Assembly (NCBI GenBank): GCA_018303545.1
Contig: JAGVXY010000023.1
Span: forward strand, 1-41,269
Origin: Candidatus Woesearchaeota archaeon
GTDB lineage: Archaea; Nanobdellota; Nanobdellia; SCGC-AAA011-G17; JAGVXY01
Direction: 5' to 3'
Length of the DNA stretch: 41,269 bases
Shown here: one piece after another, positions 37,419 through 41,269 of the stretch
Layout of the letters: every line of letters begins with the position of its first letter
How positions within the stretch are numbered: the first letter of the stretch is position 1
Position numbers and translations under genes: made by a program
The notes under the pieces: model-generated
What the model was told of the DNA's origin: nothing
Database searches by the model: none
What the model saw: only the letters and a program-made list of their open reading frames with translations

Positions 37419-40400
37419 TTAACAACTTCAACATAAAGCGTATAATTAACGGCTGTAAGATTTTCTGAATTGAAATATGCATTTTTAATTAATGTCAATT
37501 GCGGTCCTGTTTCCGTCGAAGGAATGGTTAAATTTATTGAATCGGAATCTGCAGAAATCAATGCGCCTGTAAATGAATCCATTCCATAAGCCTGCGCAAT
37601 TGAAGTCACATTATAATAAGTTGAAGAATTCCTTGCGAAATTGAGCATATAACTTTTTGTGGCAGTTTCTCCCGCATCTAAAAGTGCTATGCTGAAATTA
37701 TAATCTGCGTAATTTGAATCAGTTATATTCACGGTTGTTGCATTGCTTCCGCCCTTGTTTGTTAATTTTAAGGTTATATTATATGTGAAGGTTGTATTTG
37801 TGAAATTGTGGAAGCTTGCTATCTTATTCAAAATAAAAGAAGCAGATGTGCTTGTTGCAGGTATAATTACAGCGATTTCTGAAGAATTTGCCTCAATTAG
37901 ATTATCACTTATGGCATCGGTTGCATTAGCTGTGGCAATGCTTAAATTTTGAATTGTTAGCTCTGTTTTTCTTTCAAAGTCTAAGAGATAACTTATTATT
38001 CCTGTTTGGCTTGCTGTTAAGTTTCCAATATAATAAGAAGCTCCAGTCAGATTAGAATCAAAGATATATGAGTTAGTTGCATTTCTTCCGCCTTTATTGG
38101 TTAGACTTAGAGTTATGTTGTAAACTATATGCGTATTATTTGTCAAATGCAAGGAAGCTATTTTAGACAGCAACAAAGAAGCATTTGTTTTTAATGCAGG
38201 TATAAATATATTCAGTGGAGAGGAAGTAGCATTAATTAAATTACTGCTGATTATATCAATTCCATTTGCCAAAGCAATTGCCAATTCCTGATTTGAATCT
38301 AATAGGGATTTATTGTATGTTTTTTTGTAGCTTCTTGTTTCTGCCTGATTTGCCATCAGTGTTCCGATATCATAAGGAGAATCTAATGAATCACTATCGG
38401 TTATATTTGTAAAAGTGGCATTTCTTCCTCCACTGTTTGTTAGAATTAAACTAATATTGTAAGTGATATTAATGTCGGTTGAATCATATACTGAAGCAAT
38501 CTTATTTAGTAACAGCGAGGCATTGCTTTCTAAAGCCGGGATTAATACAGAAATTTGATTTGATTCGTAAAGTATAGAATCATAGGTTGCGTTTGCCTTT
38601 AAGAAAAGATATTCCTGATTTTCTGAAGTTTTGTTTATTATTCTTATTCCTGATGTGGAGTGGGATTTTGTTCTGTTCAGATTGATTGAATCATCTAAAG
38701 AAATATCTTCGTCTTTTATTTCTATTCCGTCTAAGTCTATTCCGCCGGAGTTAACAAACTCTAATGAAAGATTGTAAATAACAGAGGTTTCATTTTCAGA
38801 TAAGAATTGCGCATTTTTAATTAATGTCATGCTTGTATCTGCTGTTGTTGCCGGTGCGATAATTGTGATTTCTGAAGAAGTTGCAATAATTTCAGCTCCT
38901 CCAAGATTATCGGTTCCGTTTACCGAGGCAATGGCAAGAGTAATATTATTATTTGTTGAATTCCTCTGATAACTCTTTATATAAGAAGTTAAATTCGAAT
39001 TTCCTGCCAATATTGTCCCTATATTGTATGAACCCTCAACAGAATCCGAATCAGTTAAATTTACTGAACTTGCAGTGCTTCCCCCTTTATTTATTGTTCT
39101 CAATGTTATATTGTAGGTTATATTTGTTGGATTTAACGAGTGCAATGAAATTATCTTATCTAATGTGAGAGACGCAGGTGTTGCAGTTAATTCCCCGCCA
39201 ACAGTAAAATCATCTGAGCAGGATTTGTTGTATCCCTGATAACTAATTGAGGCGTTTATTGTATAATTTCCATCAGCTAAATCTGAAAATGAGTTTTGAA
39301 AACTTCCATCATTTTGAGAAGTTAGGATTCTTGAAATATTATAGATTTCTTCTTTGTATAAACTGAGATTAATAGTTTGAGAGCTTAATCCTGAAGTGCC
39401 ATCGGAGACATTTCCTTGAATTAAAACTAAGGCGTTCTGCCTGTAAGGCCCTCCTGCTTCGCAGTTTACTGTTAAATTAATTATGTTGAAATAATAATAT
39501 TCATTTGTTGAATTTGAACTCTCATTGCCTGCGATAACTGTCCAATTGTGCAGCCCTAAAGATAATCCCGTCCAATTATGAGAGACAGAATTTCCATTTG
39601 TTTGGTTGTAACTTATATTCAACAAAATCCCATCTCCATAAAACCAGATTGTTGAATTTATCAAATTTAAATCATAAATTGTTGCATTCAACAAAACAGA
39701 ATATTGATCGTTAAATTCATTATTGAAATAAGAATTATTGTTTGGGGATGTTAAGTTTACTTCTAAAATTGAACTGACCATTATAGAATTTGTTATAGAT
39801 ATTTGCTGTAGATGATTTATTGATTTGCAAGTTACATTCCAAGTGTAATTTCCCGCTAAAGCAAACGTTCTATTGTGATAATATACGCCTGCGGATTTAT
39901 TAAAAAACATTCTTCGGGTTATATTATCATCAAAATAAATAATACATTCAGGATAAAGTTCGAAAGCCCCTACATTGGAATTTTCAGCTGAAAATCCAAG
40001 GTATTTCTTTCCATTAACGCTATTTGTGAGATCTATACCTGTATTTGCACCATAATAATTATTATTTAATGTAGCTACATCTTCGCCCAACATTGTTTCA
40101 GGAAAAATGGCACTAAATTGGGTTAGGAGACCTCCGGTTTTATTTAAAATTATAATTGTTCCTGTGGTTCCACCAACAACAATAATTTCTTTTTCTCCAT
40201 CGTTATTAATATCGCTAACTTCTAGGCTGCCATAATATTCATTTATGAGGGGATAAACCCATTTCTGAGTTCCGGCTTTGTCTTCTAATCTAACATAAGC
40301 CCTCTCAAGATAAACATACTCATCTTCAGTTCCATCACTGGAATAATCAATGATTTCTACCTCATGGACTGCGCCAGTTGAAGTTGCATCTGTACGAATA

Positions 40401-41269
40401 AGATACCCTGTACTATTATAGAGATAAACATTACCATAGCCGCCTAATATTAAATCATCAGCAGTTCCATCTTGATAATAGTCAAAGAATTTGAGGGATT
40501 CTGCCGAGGTTGTTACAGCGGTGGAATTATAGATAAATGTCCCATTCCCATAGTATACATATGCCTTTTCTGCTCCAGTGTAGTCTACATATGCTACCCT
40601 ATTTGGGGCACCGGGAATTTCTGCTACCTTTATCTCTACAGGTTGAAAAAGACGAGTATCATTCAATCTAAAAATAATTTGAAACGAAGAAAGTGAAACA
40701 TTCCATGCAAATCCTACAATGCCATAGTATGTTCCCATGCCCCCTGTAACGTCTCCAACTCCTGCTACAATGTCGGGTATTCCATCATCATTTAAATCTC
40801 CCTTGGCAATAGTATAGCCTGCCTGGAACTTATTATATGGATAAAGCTGATTTCCTTCCTTGTCAAGTATTATGACATAACCTAAGCTGCCTACGGCGGC
40901 AATTTCATCATAAGAATCATTATTGAAATCCCCGCTTGTTAAATCATAGATATATTCGTAATTTTTTTTATCTCCATCGAAATCTGCGGCAATTAAATCA
41001 TAAAATCCATAACCTATACTTACATCTTTATACCATTCTGGTTTTGTAGTTATATCTGTAACAGGCGCATTAATTTCAAGATCGGTATAATTTGCAAAAA
41101 AGTAAGTATCTTGATTTGGAATCACCAATGCTTCTGATAGCCAGCTAGATTTATCCTCGCTATCTTCTTCTTGGTCAAAAACTTCCATACTAGATTGTTT
41201 TGTGAATACGGTAATATTTTTTGTCGATGACTTTGTTTCATATCCTCCTTTTTCACATTTAACTGTCCA
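37331..41269 (-). CDS. Giant secreted surface/adhesin-like protein (5' end beyond the window): FG-GAP-like repeats, Ig-like domains, DUF11-like repeats
   Basis: Frame is open from the window edge (WTVKCEKGGYET...). Repeated DFDGD/DFNNDSYDE/DLNDDGIPD/DINNDGEKE motifs and very many N-x-S/T sequons. Ends out of context at ITL-QEGLVGRQIQRFMRQHQ*. Confidence 0.85.
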   Translation of the reverse strand, partial: WTVKCEKGGYETKSSTKNITVFTKQSSMEVFDQEEDSEDKSSWLSEALVIPNQDTYFFANYTDLEINAPVTDITTKPEWYKDVSIGYGFYDLIAADFDGDKKNYEYIYDLTSGDFNNDSYDEIAAVGSLGYVIILDKEGNQLYPYNKFQAGYTIAKGDLNDDGIPDIVAGVGDVTGGMGTYYGIVGFAWNVSLSSFQIIFRLNDTRLFQPVEIKVAEIPGAPNRVAYVDYTGAEKAYVYYGNGTFIYNSTAVTTSAESLKFFDYYQDGTADDLILGGYGNVYLYNSTGYLIRTDATSTGAVHEVEIIDYSSDGTEDEYVYLERAYVRLEDKAGTQKWVYPLINEYYGSLEVSDINNDGEKEIIVVGGTTGTIIILNKTGGLLTQFSAIFPETMLGEDVATLNNNYYGANTGIDLTNSVNGKKYLGFSAENSNVGAFELYPECIIYFDDNITRRMFFNKSAGVYYHNRTFALAGNYTWNVTCKSINHLQQISITNSIMVSSILEVNLTSPNNNSYFNNEFNDQYSVLLNATIYDLNLINSTIWFYGDGILLNISYNQTNGNSVSHNWTGLSLGLHNWTVIAGNESSNSTNEYYYFNIINLTVNCEAGGPYRQNALVLIQGNVSDGTSGLSSQTINLSLYKEEIYNISRILTSQNDGSFQNSFSDLADGNYTINASISYQGYNKSCSDDFTVGGELTATPASLTLDKIISLHSLNPTNITYNITLRTINKGGSTASSVNLTDSDSVEGSYNIGTILAGNSNLTSYIKSYQRNSTNNNITLAIASVNGTDNLGGAEIIATSSEITIIAPATTADTSMTLIKNAQFLSENETSVIYNLSLEFVNSGGIDLDGIEIKDEDISLDDSINLNRTKSHSTSGIRIINKTSENQEYLFLKANATYDSILYESNQISVLIPALESNASLLLNKIASVYDSTDINITYNISLILTNSGGRNATFTNITDSDSLDSPYDIGTLMANQAETRSYKKTYNKSLLDSNQELAIALANGIDIISSNLINATSSPLNIFIPALKTNASLLLSKIASLHLTNNTHIVYNITLSLTNKGGRNATNSYIFDSNLTGASYYIGNLTASQTGIISYLLDFERKTELTIQNLSIATANATDAISDNLIEANSSEIAVIIPATSTSASFILNKIASFHNFTNTTFTYNITLKLTNKGGSNATTVNITDSNYADYNFSIALLDAGETATKSYMLNFARNSSTYYNVTSIAQAYGMDSFTGALISADSDSINLTIPSTETGPQLTLIKNAYFNSENLTAVNYTLYVEVVNSGGIDLNSITLQEGLVGRQIQRFMRQHQ
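37385..39190 (-). repeat. Six ~105-113-aa DUF11-like modules in order A-B-A-A-A-B(truncated)
   Basis: A-type: L.L.KIAS...ITYNI.L.L.N.GG..A....TDS ... I.IP(A/S). B-type: TLIKNA.F.SEN.T.V.Y.L..E.VNSGGIDL. Confidence 0.85.
40150..41060 (-). repeat. FG-GAP/VCBS-like Ca-binding repeats (about six; probable beta-propeller)
   Basis: AADFDGD, SGDFNNDSYDEI, KGDLNDDGIPDI, FDYYQDGTADDL, IDYSSDGTEDEY, SDINNDGEKEI. Confidence 0.75.

Noticed and set aside
37385-39190. Diversity-generating retroelement template/variable repeat pair
   Set aside because: The repeats are ~330-bp protein modules diverged at all base types, not near-identical copies differing at adenines. No reverse transcriptase is in the window.

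Overview
AT-rich, very compact archaeal chromosome segment. The informational genes are all archaeal type: PolB, FEN1, RadB, CDC48, TopA, SRP54, Bud32, Trm5, RlmE, type II MetAP and two CCA-less tRNAs. The AT richness, leaderless TATA promoters, many ORFans and secreted Cys-lipoproteins suggest a DPANN/Woesearchaeota-like organism (inference, no search run). Best candidate for an undescribed system: a tightly coupled minus-strand operon at 10747-14884 encoding a 454-aa unknown protein, a 648-aa endonuclease IV-like TIM barrel with all nine metal ligands and a ~245-aa insertion, and a nucleotidyltransferase-HEPN fusion. It converges on a helical protein plus a metallophosphoesterase-fold protein that has lost its metal motifs. 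Other highlights: (1) a bacterial-type lipoprotein signal peptidase (LspA) with three Cys-lipobox-like secreted proteins; (2) an SRP54 with an in-frame deletion of the G4/G5 GTPase motifs; (3) a giant FG-GAP/DUF11-like surface protein split by an apparent ~180-bp deletion, whose cytoplasmic tail carries a PRC-barrel; (4) a stand-alone 6-TM half-MFS; (5) a VapBC pair plus an orphan RelE beside tRNA-Arg. No CRISPR array, transposase, integrase, reverse transcriptase or intein was seen. All family calls come from motif recognition by eye.
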